From an uncultured bacterium (lineage in GTDB: Bacteria; Babelota; Babeliae; Babelales; Vermiphilaceae): a stretch of 64,000 nucleotides of DNA. The stretch spans positions 576,001-640,000 of the forward strand of contig OY970172.1 in assembly GCA_963707655.1 (NCBI GenBank), in the 5' to 3' direction. Numbering within the stretch: the first letter of the stretch is position 1; each line of letters begins with the position of its first letter. Shown piece by piece: positions 28,975 to 38,534 of the stretch. The notes under the pieces are model-generated. The model was not told where the DNA came from. It did no database searches and saw only the letters and a list, made by a program, of their open reading frames with translations. A program made the position numbers and the translations under genes.

Positions 28975-29083
28975 GGGATATGCTGCTTGTTAAATCAACA
29001 ATACTATGTAATGATACTAGAATAAATAAACATAATTAGTATCTCACCAACAGGGATAAAGTAAAGCACTATAAGGAAACATT

Positions 29084-30340
29084 ATGGCATCTTCTTCTGA
29101 GAAAAATAAAATTGGTATAGCAACAGCAACTATAATCGGCATGAATGCAATGATTGGCGCCGGTATCTTTACCGCTCCGGCCGCCATGGCATCAAATGTT
29201 GGTCCGGCAGGCATTATTGCCTATATGTTCGTGGTGGTCGCTGTCTGGTTTATGGCACAGTCGCTCGCGCGGCTCGCGTATCTTTTTCCTCAAGAAGGTT
29301 CTTTTTACACCTATGCAAAACAATGGGGCGGCCATACCGTTGGTTTAATTGCCAGCGCAGCTTATTTTATCGGCTTGTTGGTTGCCATGGGATTACTTTC
29401 TCGCGTTGCCGGTGTTTTTTTGGAAGACTTCTTTCCCTCCGTTTCACCAACAACACTCGGTCTAATTGTTCTGTGGGGGCTGGTAGCGCTCAACATGTGC
29501 GGCATGGCACTCTCTGAGGTTGGTCAACAAGTGCTTATTGTCTGCACCGTGTTTCCCTTATTGATCACTACACTCATTTGCTTTTATCACGCCGATTGGC
29601 ACAATCTCACGCCGTTTATTCCCTATGGCATGGGAAATGTTTTTAAAGCAACGCGTATAGTAATTTTTGGCTTTTTTGGTTTCGAAACAGCGGCATCACT
29701 TTTTGCCATTGTTAAAAATCCGGAGCGCAATGTTCCCCGCGCGCTCACCTATTCAATTATTGCCGTCGGCATCATCTATACGCTTTTTATTGCTTCAATT
29801 ATTGTTTCAACCCCAAGCTCGGTCTTTAGCGGGCCCACCACCAAAGTAACTGATATTTTACGTATTATTTTACCTGGACATCCATGGTTAATAACTATCG
29901 TTAACATATCCATTCTGTCTGCGGTAATTGGTACCGTTCATTCAATGATTTGGAGTTCAAGCACCTTATTAATCGCTTTGATGAAGAAAATAAATTTCAC
30001 TCATGCATTAATTAAAAAGAATGTCATCGGACACAAAACAGCAGTCTTTTTAGTGGGACTCTGCATATGCATCACCTACATCACCTTGACCAACATTGAT
30101 CTTTTCTTTTATATCACCGCTTTATGCATCATAAGTGCCTTTATATTATCAATGATCACCCTGCTCACCATAAAATCAGAATGGCGCTCGGGGCAAAATA
30201 TAAAAACATTGCTTGGTATCGGCACGGCATTAATGATATTTTATTTTGCGGCAGAAGGATTGTGGCAAGAGCTTTTTGTGCAAAAGCAGGTGCAGCAAGA
30301 AATAGTGCAACAGCAAGAAGCAGCGCAAAAAACTCAATAG
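29084..30340 (+). CDS. APC-family amino acid permease
   Basis: MIGAGIF, EGSFYTYA, FGFFGFE, KNPERNVPRA; about 12 TMs. Confidence 0.93.
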   Translation: MASSSEKNKIGIATATIIGMNAMIGAGIFTAPAAMASNVGPAGIIAYMFVVVAVWFMAQSLARLAYLFPQEGSFYTYAKQWGGHTVGLIASAAYFIGLLVAMGLLSRVAGVFLEDFFPSVSPTTLGLIVLWGLVALNMCGMALSEVGQQVLIVCTVFPLLITTLICFYHADWHNLTPFIPYGMGNVFKATRIVIFGFFGFETAASLFAIVKNPERNVPRALTYSIIAVGIIYTLFIASIIVSTPSSVFSGPTTKVTDILRIILPGHPWLITIVNISILSAVIGTVHSMIWSSSTLLIALMKKINFTHALIKKNVIGHKTAVFLVGLCICITYITLTNIDLFFYITALCIISAFILSMITLLTIKSEWRSGQNIKTLLGIGTALMIFYFAAEGLWQELFVQKQVQQEIVQQQEAAQKTQ

Positions 30341-30351
30341 CAGTATACATA

Positions 30352-30384
30352 TCCGGAACTTGATCGAAGCAATCAGGTTCCGGA
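30352..30384. terminator. Strong hairpin after the permease
   Basis: tccggaacttgat...atcaggttccgga; no clear U tail. Confidence 0.45.
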
Positions 30385-30472
30385 AAAGACATTGGCGAAT
30401 AATTTGACGAGCTTAAATTATTGATGCTATAAGTAGTAAAAAATCGACATGTAAAAAAAGGAACTTAGTACA

Positions 30473-32140
30473 ATGTCATTATTCAGCTATCACCAGATCA
30501 AAAAAGCTATCGGCATATTACTGTTTCTGATAGTTCATCAGCCGCAAATCATTGCTACAAATCTTTCTTCTCTTGCGCCTAATGATCCATACCCTGTGTA
30601 CAAAGCAGTGGACCCACAAGAATTTCTTTTCACTTGGGACACACTGTGCATGAAAGGAATTCCTACAGAAAATGATGAATGCTGCCAAGGTGTGAGCATA
30701 GCAATTTCTCCTTTTGGCCAAAACGCCTGTACCGGTAAAAATTTCTGCAATCAGGGTGTGCCACTGGGTGATCTACATGGCCGCTGGAGCATGGTTGGCC
30801 TGCTTATGGGACCGCTGCCTGAGGGACAAACATTACCGCCCACTCTGCTCTCTGCTTTAGAGAATCTCTTTCCCGGCATTGCTCCCGGCACTTTGGATGA
30901 CCCAAACATTATTGATCCCAACCAGACGTTTGGTTTTTTCTCCGTTCCCTTGCGCTATCAAAAACGCGGTCTCCGCTGGGATTTTGCTCTTGATCTGGGT
31001 TATGGTTTTGGTTTTATTTTTCAGGGCGGTATCGCCGACATTGTGCAAAAAGTAGAAGGTTTTGATAATGTAACCTGCTTGCCCTGCCCGTATCCAAGCA
31101 ATGGCACCAATTGCCGTAATGCACTGAGCCAACCATACACGCTTAATGGCAGCGCAAACACAGCGCCAACCAACGCCACTCAAACCGCCGTTAATGTTCC
31201 CAACCTTACCTCTTTGACTACCACTACCACTGGACTATACAACCCTATTAACCCGGAATGTTGTAATCGCTTTTGCGACGCAAGCATTCCCTGCTGCGGC
31301 AGATTTTTTACCCCCACCGCTCCCGTCCAACCTACCGGCTATTTGGCTGCTGAATACCCTAGCTACACCGCACAAAACGTGCAAGCATTTCTTATGAATC
31401 AATTACGCCCGATCGCTCATGATATTGGTCTTGATATTTGTAACTTTCACAAAGTATCGCTTGAAGACCTGCGCTTTGAAATTTATTGGCGCGATGCACA
31501 CATGGTAAATAAAGGGCGCTCAACATGGGCCGAATTTCTCTTTATTCCTTATGTTGAATTTGGCGGATCAGTAGCCGTTGGTAGACCAGAGCATTCAAAT
31601 TATGCTTTTTCGCTTCCGTTTGGTAACAATGGTCACCACTCTGTCGGCGCAACCGGGGGCATCAACCTTGATTTTGTAGACACGGTTGAAATCGGGGCCG
31701 AGGCCGGCATCACCCACTTCTTTGCGCGTGATTATTGCAGCTTACGCATCCCCAACCAAATGCCCGGAAGACAACCGGCTAATCAATGCCAGCTTGGTAT
31801 ATTCCCTTTTAGCACACAGGCATGTGTACAGCCCGGCTTTAACTGGCATTTTGCTGCAAAGCTGGAGACCTATCATTTTATAGATCGCCTCTCATTTTAC
31901 TTCCAATATGTCTTTGTTCATCATGAACATGACCACATTCGACTCATAAAGCCTGACCCGGCATTCGTTCCTTGTGTTTTGGAAGAACAATCAAGCTTCA
32001 CGGTGCAGCTGGGCAACTTTAGCCTCTATTATGACATCTCGCCAAGCTTGAATTTGGGCTTTTTGGTGCAGTTGCCGTTCCAACAACAAAATGCCTACCG
32101 TAGCACCACCGTTATGTTCTCATTATGGTCCACCTTTTAA
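30473..32140 (+). CDS. Secreted Cys-rich protein, probable outer-membrane beta-barrel (related to 6805..8388)
   Basis: Signal-like N-terminus, FGNNGHH, Cys-rich and Thr/Asn/Pro-rich insert, C-terminal VMFSLWSTF. Confidence 0.65.
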   Translation: MSLFSYHQIKKAIGILLFLIVHQPQIIATNLSSLAPNDPYPVYKAVDPQEFLFTWDTLCMKGIPTENDECCQGVSIAISPFGQNACTGKNFCNQGVPLGDLHGRWSMVGLLMGPLPEGQTLPPTLLSALENLFPGIAPGTLDDPNIIDPNQTFGFFSVPLRYQKRGLRWDFALDLGYGFGFIFQGGIADIVQKVEGFDNVTCLPCPYPSNGTNCRNALSQPYTLNGSANTAPTNATQTAVNVPNLTSLTTTTTGLYNPINPECCNRFCDASIPCCGRFFTPTAPVQPTGYLAAEYPSYTAQNVQAFLMNQLRPIAHDIGLDICNFHKVSLEDLRFEIYWRDAHMVNKGRSTWAEFLFIPYVEFGGSVAVGRPEHSNYAFSLPFGNNGHHSVGATGGINLDFVDTVEIGAEAGITHFFARDYCSLRIPNQMPGRQPANQCQLGIFPFSTQACVQPGFNWHFAAKLETYHFIDRLSFYFQYVFVHHEHDHIRLIKPDPAFVPCVLEEQSSFTVQLGNFSLYYDISPSLNLGFLVQLPFQQQNAYRSTTVMFSLWSTF

Positions 32141-32236
32141 AGAATCTGGTCTGACTAAAACGGCGTTTAATTGCTATTTTTGATAGAAAAGATATACTCA
32201 TTTTGTATTAAAAATTAAAATAAAAATGGGGTTATC

Positions 32237-33211
32237 ATGTTTTATTCAGTTGAAAAATTTACCAAGGGCGCTCAAGCCCTCTATCTATTCAGCGATTATC
32301 ATCTTCCTACCGCCAAAACAAACGGCAAGGTCAATTTCACGCAAAGAAAAGAATTGATTGCTATGGCACGCAAGATGGGCGCTGCAACCATTGTTGAAGA
32401 CGAAATTGGTATTGCGAAACAGCTTTCTTTATTTAACTCGGCAGATTTCATTCGCCCCACAGAGAAACTTTCGTTAGCCGAGCTGGTGAGCGCCAATAAA
32501 TTAGGTGGACACACCGCTTTATTAATGCTTTCACACTGGCTTGAACAGGCGCAGCTACCCTACACCAACATTGAGTTCCGCTATGCCCCATGGCGCCCGC
32601 TCAATATCACGTTTACTCTCATGGATACGTTGAAGGCAAAAATAAGAGCATATAACGATGGCCATGAACTCAACAGCTATTATCAAAAAAAATTGGCTGA
32701 ATTGGAGCAGATAGAAGGCAGCTGCAAGCCACTTTTTGATGAATTCAGAAAGAGCGGATTAACCATACAACAATATGTCCAATCACTTTCTCCCGTCTAT
32801 TCTGCCGAATTTGATCCTACACTACAAAAACTACTCGATGAAGCTTCATGGGATTTGGCAAAATTTACCGAAAGAGACAAAGCTTTGACTCTCTTTACTC
32901 GCTACTGCGTACTGTTACTTGATATTGAGATTTTGCATGCTATTGCTCAAAGTGAAGATGAAAACATCTTTGTATGCATCGGCGGCCTTCACGCTCTCAA
33001 CATTAAAGAGGGTCTGGCCCTTGCCGGCTTTACCTCAAAAGCAACGATGGGGCAAGAGTTGGGCTTTGATACACTGGCCAATAGATATGCTGAGCCGGCC
33101 GCTTTGCCCATCACGGCATCGGTAAAAAAGCTTAACCCGCAGTATGCGCCATATTCGATTTCTTTAAAAAGAATCTGGGTATCAATGCTTTTATGGTGCT
33201 TGGCTCATTAA
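32237..33211 (+). CDS. Hypothetical protein, paralogue of 45831..46781; possible TIKI/EreA/ChaN-like fold
   Basis: SDYH, IVED, NIEFRY, IRAYNDG, LLDIEILHAI, IGGLH motifs. Confidence 0.7.
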   Translation: MFYSVEKFTKGAQALYLFSDYHLPTAKTNGKVNFTQRKELIAMARKMGAATIVEDEIGIAKQLSLFNSADFIRPTEKLSLAELVSANKLGGHTALLMLSHWLEQAQLPYTNIEFRYAPWRPLNITFTLMDTLKAKIRAYNDGHELNSYYQKKLAELEQIEGSCKPLFDEFRKSGLTIQQYVQSLSPVYSAEFDPTLQKLLDEASWDLAKFTERDKALTLFTRYCVLLLDIEILHAIAQSEDENIFVCIGGLHALNIKEGLALAGFTSKATMGQELGFDTLANRYAEPAALPITASVKKLNPQYAPYSISLKRIWVSMLLWCLAH

Positions 33212-33356
33212 AAATTAGTGGGAGAAAAAAGGCAATCTTCCAAGAAATTTTGGACGACGCCTTCCCAAATCAGTTACGGCGGGCTACTTTCCCCAATTAC
33301 CAGATGAGCGGGATCAGGAATTGTATCGGGAGAAATTGCAAAACCTTAATGAATTC

Positions 33357-33385
33357 TAGACAATTTACGACAAAATATTTATAAT
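33357..33385 (+). promoter_or_regulatory. Sigma70-like promoter for rpsU-rbfA
   Basis: TAGACA-17-TATAAT. Confidence 0.6.
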
Positions 33386-33429
33386 TTAGCTATCAGTAAA
33401 ATTTTATCTATCTAAAGAAAGTGGATTTC

Positions 33430-33636
33430 ATGTCACGCAAAGCAAATATCGCTGTTCATGTTAGCGGAAATATCGAACGCTCACTACGTCAACTCAAGAA
33501 AAAAATTGAACGTGAAGGCGTTGTCCGTGATATGAAACGCGTAGTTTATTTTGAATCCCCAACTCAAAAACGCCGCAAACGTCTTGTTCGTGCTATCAAG
33601 CAAAACTTGGTACGTTTGATCGCTCAAAAAGGCTAA
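33430..33636 (+). CDS. rpsU: 30S ribosomal protein S21
   Basis: IERSLRQLKKKIEREGVVRDMK..YFESPTQKRRK. Confidence 0.93.
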   Translation: MSRKANIAVHVSGNIERSLRQLKKKIEREGVVRDMKRVVYFESPTQKRRKRLVRAIKQNLVRLIAQKG

Positions 33637-33677
33637 TCTTTTTTACCGGCCCCATGGGCCAGTCAGGTTAATTCCCT

Positions 33678-34049
33678 ATGTCATTTACCGCGTTGCGAGA
33701 CCGCAAAAAGGCTCAAAAAGAATCTCATATGTATCAGGAAATTTCTAAGATCTTTCTCCTGATTACGATGGACGACGAGCGCTTGCGCGATCTTTCAGTA
33801 AGCAGAGTGACTTTATCTCGTGATAAAAGTCACGCAACGGTGTATATGTATACGACCGGTGGTCTTGCTAAGTTTGAAGAAATCCGCCCGACCCTTATTC
33901 TGTACAAGCCATCGATGCGTAAAGCAATTTCTCAAGCGATTCCGGGACGTTACACCCCTGAATTAACCTTCACTTTTGATGAAATTTTTGAAAAACAGCA
34001 AAGAATTCAAGGCCTGATTGATAAGGCATCCACGGAAGAACAATCATAA
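33678..34049 (+). CDS. rbfA: Ribosome-binding factor A
   Basis: DERL..SVSRVTLSRDKSHATVY and RYTPELTFTFD. Confidence 0.92.
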   Translation: MSFTALRDRKKAQKESHMYQEISKIFLLITMDDERLRDLSVSRVTLSRDKSHATVYMYTTGGLAKFEEIRPTLILYKPSMRKAISQAIPGRYTPELTFTFDEIFEKQQRIQGLIDKASTEEQS

Positions 34050-34057
34050 TATTCTTT

Positions 34058-34795
34058 TTGATTCTTTTCTTTTTGTGCTGGGGCTCATTTTTGAATGTAG
34101 TTGCCTATCGCCTGATGAGAGAAGAAAGCATTATCTTTCCCCGCTCACACTGCCCACACTGCAAACATATGATTGCCTGGTATGATAACATTCCGGTACT
34201 TTCATGGCTGTTGCTTGCCGGCAAATGTCGCCAATGCCGCAGGCCAATTTCTTATCTATACCCTGCAATAGAATGCTTCACTGCACTGAGCATGAGCGCT
34301 CTTTTTTTTAGCGTTCCGCTCCACTACTTTCCTCTTTATTTTCTCTTTTTTTCAGCGCTCATAGTTACCCTGCGTTCTGACCTGGAAACAATGCTTATCT
34401 CCCGATTTGTTACCATTTACCTTATTCCTCTTGGCCCAATAGGCAGCATGCTTGGCCTGCTACCCATAACCATGCGTGAAAGCATGCTTGGTTGCATGCT
34501 TGGCTATGCAATTTTATATTGCACCGCCGCTCTCTTTACCAAATACAGCGGCAAAGAAGGAATTGGTCAGGGCGATTTTGATTTACTGGCCTTTATAGGC
34601 GCCTTTATTGGCCCGTTTGGTGCTTGGTTTACTTTATTAAGTGGATCGCTGATAGGCTCATGCATTGGCATATGCTATTTACTTGTCTGTAAACCGGACA
34701 ATAGACGACTTCCCTTCGGTCCTTTTTTGGCGCTTGGAGCCATGGGATATGTATTGTTTCAACAAAGAATCATTGATTTGTTAGCTATTTTTTAA
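34058..34795 (+). CDS. pilD: Prepilin peptidase
   Basis: GSFLNVVAYR, RSHCPHC, WYDNIPVLSW, CRQC, GQGD, LPFGPFL. Confidence 0.94.
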   Translation: MILFFLCWGSFLNVVAYRLMREESIIFPRSHCPHCKHMIAWYDNIPVLSWLLLAGKCRQCRRPISYLYPAIECFTALSMSALFFSVPLHYFPLYFLFFSALIVTLRSDLETMLISRFVTIYLIPLGPIGSMLGLLPITMRESMLGCMLGYAILYCTAALFTKYSGKEGIGQGDFDLLAFIGAFIGPFGAWFTLLSGSLIGSCIGICYLLVCKPDNRRLPFGPFLALGAMGYVLFQQRIIDLLAIF

Positions 34796-35181
34796 GCCAG
34801 ATCATCCTGCACAATCACCATATTGTTATGATGATCAACGGATAAAATATCCATCTGCCCATCACCATCTATATCGCCGGTAGCCAACGCCAAGAAACCG
34901 GTATCACCACCGGAAATCGTGTAGGTGTAATATTTACTATTTTCGTTGTTGCCTTGTCCTTCAGCCTGCCAACCAAGATTGCTCATTGAAGCATAGGAAC
35001 CATGTTCGGCCCAATGTGCTTTTTGTGCGGCGTAAATTGAATTGAGATTAAGATAGGCCTCGGCCCGCTTTGCTTTGGCGAGATACCGGTTAAAGCTGGG
35101 CACCGCTATCATGGCAAGTAAGCCAATAATTGCGACAACCACCATTAATTCGATAAGAGAAAAACCTTTTTTCAAATGCAT
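34792..35181 (-). CDS. Type IV pilin
   Basis: KKG|FSLIELMVVVAIIGLLAMIAVP class III signal; C-terminal GDIDGDGQMD. Confidence 0.92.
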   Translation of the reverse strand: MHLKKGFSLIELMVVVAIIGLLAMIAVPSFNRYLAKAKRAEAYLNLNSIYAAQKAHWAEHGSYASMSNLGWQAEGQGNNENSKYYTYTISGGDTGFLALATGDIDGDGQMDILSVDHHNNMVIVQDDLA

Positions 35182-35266
35182 AACCGCCCCCCTTTTTTCC
35201 ATCGTCACTCTCTCGCTTGATATCATGGCAAAAAGCAGATACGAAAAGCAAGAGAGTGGATAACGG

Positions 35267-35905
35267 TTACTTTTTTTGTATAGTGATACCAGTCTCTTGT
35301 TCTATGCGCTCAATCGAATAAGCCCCTTCGCGGACAACCCTAATAACTTCCCCCGTGCAATCAAGAATAGTAGAGGGAACGGTAGAGGCTGCCTCGCCCT
35401 GCTCCCCATCATTGATGATATAGGCGACGGAACTTAGAATATCGACGTCAAGAGCCTCTATAGTTGTCGGGACAGGCTGGCCCGATTTATTGGCGCTGGT
35501 TGAAAAGAGAGCCGGCACGTGCTGCAAAAGACTCAAGAGCCCTGCATGATTGGGCATGCGCAAAGCAATGGTCCCTTCTTTGGATTTCATGTAGTCAGGA
35601 ATCGACTTTTTTGCCTTGAAAATAAGGGTTAACGGCGCTGGCCAGCAGTTCATTAATTTTTCTACTTGTAATGAATTATTCTCTGCTAACTCACCTACTG
35701 CGCCCAAATTTCCAACCAGAATTAGGTAGGGCTTTTCTTGTCTTACCTTAACGGAGTTAAGAGCATCAAACCCTGTCTTGTTAAGCGGCGCTAAAAAGCC
35801 GATAACGGTATCGGATGTGCCGACAATCAGGTTATTTTGAGAAAATGCATGAAGCAGTGTGGAAATCGCGTTTTTATGCGTCCAAGTTAAAGTTTTACTT
35901 ATCAT
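35267..35905 (-). CDS. tsaC: Threonylcarbamoyl-AMP synthase (Sua5/YrdC)
   Basis: K.R..KP, WPAPLTLI, ALRMP, STSANKSG, PSTILD, VREGA. Confidence 0.9.
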   Translation of the reverse strand: MISKTLTWTHKNAISTLLHAFSQNNLIVGTSDTVIGFLAPLNKTGFDALNSVKVRQEKPYLILVGNLGAVGELAENNSLQVEKLMNCWPAPLTLIFKAKKSIPDYMKSKEGTIALRMPNHAGLLSLLQHVPALFSTSANKSGQPVPTTIEALDVDILSSVAYIINDGEQGEAASTVPSTILDCTGEVIRVVREGAYSIERIEQETGITIQKK

Positions 35906-35953
35906 TTTATCTTTTGTAAATTAAGCAAAGTCGTTTGATTTATAATTTATTGT

Positions 35954-35981
35954 TTGACAATTTATTAGAATACATTATCCT
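35954..35981 (+). promoter_or_regulatory. Sigma70-like promoter upstream of the folC-like/atp genes
   Basis: TTGACA-16-TATCCT. Confidence 0.45.
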
Positions 35982-36075
35982 TACAAAATGTCACGCAATT
36001 TAACTCGTTAAAAATTGCATGATATTTACTATAAATCACTAAAAGCATTGTCCCTTATTGTAAGGCGGAGTAAAA

Positions 36076-37476
36076 ATGAAAATAAACAAGCAGGTAGTAA
36101 GTAAAACTACCATGGCGCCGGAAAAACAGCGCAGCTATCATGAAATCGTGGAATTTCTTGATGCTCACTGGCAAACAAACAAGCAAGATACAGCCCTGTC
36201 AAACATCAAGCAGCTTGATAAAGCATTGGGCAACGTATCACAAAAAACAAACGTTATCCTCGTAGCCGGAAGCAATGGGAAAAGTTTAACTATCAACTTT
36301 ACCGCTCCTCTTTTACACGCTGAGGGATTAACGGTCGGCGCATTCTACATGCCTCACCTGCTTACCTACAATGAACGCTTTGCCATAAACAAAGAACACA
36401 TCTCCAATAAAGCTTTTACCGACCTTGGTAATGAAGTTTTAAATGCTGCACAAAATCTTGAACTCGAGTTCAACAGCTTTGAAATATTAACCATGATGGC
36501 TCTTCTGTATTTCCAATCTAACAACGTTGATGTTGCCTTGATGGAAATCAGCACCGCCTACACCGCTCCTGCAATTTGCAACGCAAAAATTACTGCAATT
36601 AGCCGCATCACTACTGATGATGTAACAAAAACTGATACAGCAATAGCTGAGATGCTAGAGCTCGTAAAAGCGGGAACTCGCGTAATATCAGCCGATCAAA
36701 GCAAGTTAAATTTGCAAACCATGCTCAAAATTGTTGAATCAAAAGAGGCTATTTGGGAAATGCCAATTCGTAAATTGGCACAATTAAATTATCCCTTCGA
36801 GCAATTGCATGGCCGCTGCGCTGCATTGGCTGAACGTATAGCACAAATTTATGTGAATACGATTCTTGCGAAAGATTCAATCGTAGTATCCGGCTCATTG
36901 CTGACCAAACAAAAAGGTCAACGTGGCCGCCCTACCCTAGAAGCAAAACGTCAACAAGAATTAAATCCACGCAAAACAATCGAACAATTCTGGAAAGAAA
37001 CAGATGCATCTCTTCCTGCTCGTTTCCAGCTTCTTGACAAAGAAAAGCCTACTATCCTTTTAGACACGGCAAGCAATCTTGATGCGTTTGAAAATCTTCT
37101 CCTTGGTATCCGCTTGCTCTATTATCAACGCCCGTTAAAAGGTCTCACCTTGATCATTGGATGCAACAATCCCGATCTAAACATGACTGATTTTCTCAAA
37201 GCGTTACGCTACTTCTTCAAAAAAACATCGGGACAAGTCATTGTCTGCCCTACACAACCGGTTGCCGCTCAAAACAGTAACCCGTCATGGGATGTTGAAA
37301 AAGTAACTAATGAAATCAAAGGCATGAAAATAAAAGCAAAATCAGCCAAGAATTTCAAAGAAGCCTTTGAAAGCGCTCAAAAATCAGTTGATGAACGCAG
37401 TGGACTAGTAGTGGTAACCGGATCTTCCGCACTGGTCACTGAATACTGGCATTATAAAGACATTAAAAAATTATAA
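36076..37476 (+). CDS. FolC/Mur-ligase-fold protein, divergent
   Basis: VAGSNGKS P-loop, PHL..YNER, FEILTMMA..YF, VDVALME and VVTGS; other FolC motifs missing. Confidence 0.8.
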   Translation: MKINKQVVSKTTMAPEKQRSYHEIVEFLDAHWQTNKQDTALSNIKQLDKALGNVSQKTNVILVAGSNGKSLTINFTAPLLHAEGLTVGAFYMPHLLTYNERFAINKEHISNKAFTDLGNEVLNAAQNLELEFNSFEILTMMALLYFQSNNVDVALMEISTAYTAPAICNAKITAISRITTDDVTKTDTAIAEMLELVKAGTRVISADQSKLNLQTMLKIVESKEAIWEMPIRKLAQLNYPFEQLHGRCAALAERIAQIYVNTILAKDSIVVSGSLLTKQKGQRGRPTLEAKRQQELNPRKTIEQFWKETDASLPARFQLLDKEKPTILLDTASNLDAFENLLLGIRLLYYQRPLKGLTLIIGCNNPDLNMTDFLKALRYFFKKTSGQVIVCPTQPVAAQNSNPSWDVEKVTNEIKGMKIKAKSAKNFKEAFESAQKSVDERSGLVVVTGSSALVTEYWHYKDIKKL

Positions 37477-37480
37477 TGCA

Positions 37481-37804
37481 ATGACGCTTCTCTCTATCTG
37501 CTTATCAGTTATTAGCGGTATCGGAGCGAGCCTAGTTTATAGACTCTTCTTCTTGTTACAGAGAAGAAGAGTCTTTTTCTTGGCAATGCGACAACAAGAC
37601 AATCAAACTTCATTGTCCGACATGAAACGAAACCTATTACTTTCGTTTTTTTTCGCACTCATCCGAATCATATTTCTTGCAATGGTCTTTAGATATCTAT
37701 TGCTATCATCACCAAACCATTTTATAATCGTAGCATTATCTTTTTTTATAACATGGTTAATCCTTATTGTGTTGCATAAGGAAAAATTTGATGCAAGAGA
37801 CTAA
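37481..37804 (+). CDS. Small membrane protein, AtpI/AtpR-like
   Basis: Three to four TMs with LIRIIFL; immediately upstream of atpB. Confidence 0.55.
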   Translation: MTLLSICLSVISGIGASLVYRLFFLLQRRRVFFLAMRQQDNQTSLSDMKRNLLLSFFFALIRIIFLAMVFRYLLLSSPNHFIIVALSFFITWLILIVLHKEKFDARD

Positions 37805-38534
37805 TTTTTTACAAACTCATACGTGGCAGCCCTTTGCGCGATTTACCACACATCCTTTTTTTACCGTTAATCGCGAGACGATTATAAGTACGTGGATTGT
37901 GCTCGCCCTTCTTTTAGTTATTGGTGCTCTGATATGGTTCGTACTGAGAAGACCAAATGGCATAGCCCGCTATCTTATTTTTTCAGGTGCGCAAGCATTC
38001 ATCGATCTCACCACACAAACATTGGGATCGCTTCAAGCTCATCATTTTTACTTTTGCACCGCTCTTTTTTTATTTATCGCTTTATGTAATTGCATTACCT
38101 TATTGCCCTGGACAGAAGAGCCAACGGCCGATATAAACACGACACTGGCCATGGGGCTTATCTCATTCTTTTATGTTCAATGGTATGCAATCCGAGCGCA
38201 CGGCATAGGTGCCTATTTAAAAGAATATGTCTCCCCCGTGTTTGTTATGTTGCCGCTCCACGTTATCGGTAAGCTTTCTTCAATCATTTCATTGTCATTT
38301 CGTCTGTTCGGTAATATTTTTGGCGGTTCGGTAATTGCGCGCATTTATCTTTCGTTTATTAAGGGCTCATTAATTCTAGAGCCATTGGGAATGCCACTGA
38401 ATATTGCTATCACGCTCTTTTTTGTGCTCTTTGAAGGATTATTACAAGCGTTTGTTTTTTCTATGCTCTCACTCACCTATCTTTCAATTGCAGTATCGCA
38501 TGAAGAAACAACACAAATCGGAGACCTTCCATGA
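37791..38534 (+). CDS. atpB: F0F1 ATP synthase subunit a
   Basis: PTADINTT, SLSFRLFGNIFGG (essential Arg), LQAFVFSMLSLTY. Confidence 0.96.
   Translation: MQETNFLQTHTWQPFARFTTHPFFTVNRETIISTWIVLALLLVIGALIWFVLRRPNGIARYLIFSGAQAFIDLTTQTLGSLQAHHFYFCTALFLFIALCNCITLLPWTEEPTADINTTLAMGLISFFYVQWYAIRAHGIGAYLKEYVSPVFVMLPLHVIGKLSSIISLSFRLFGNIFGGSVIARIYLSFIKGSLILEPLGMPLNIAITLFFVLFEGLLQAFVFSMLSLTYLSIAVSHEETTQIGDLP

Noticed and set aside
33211..33335. Short similarity to 12410-12445 (aattgggga; cctgatcc..gctca)
   Set aside because: Blocks are short and in a different order; compatible with chance.
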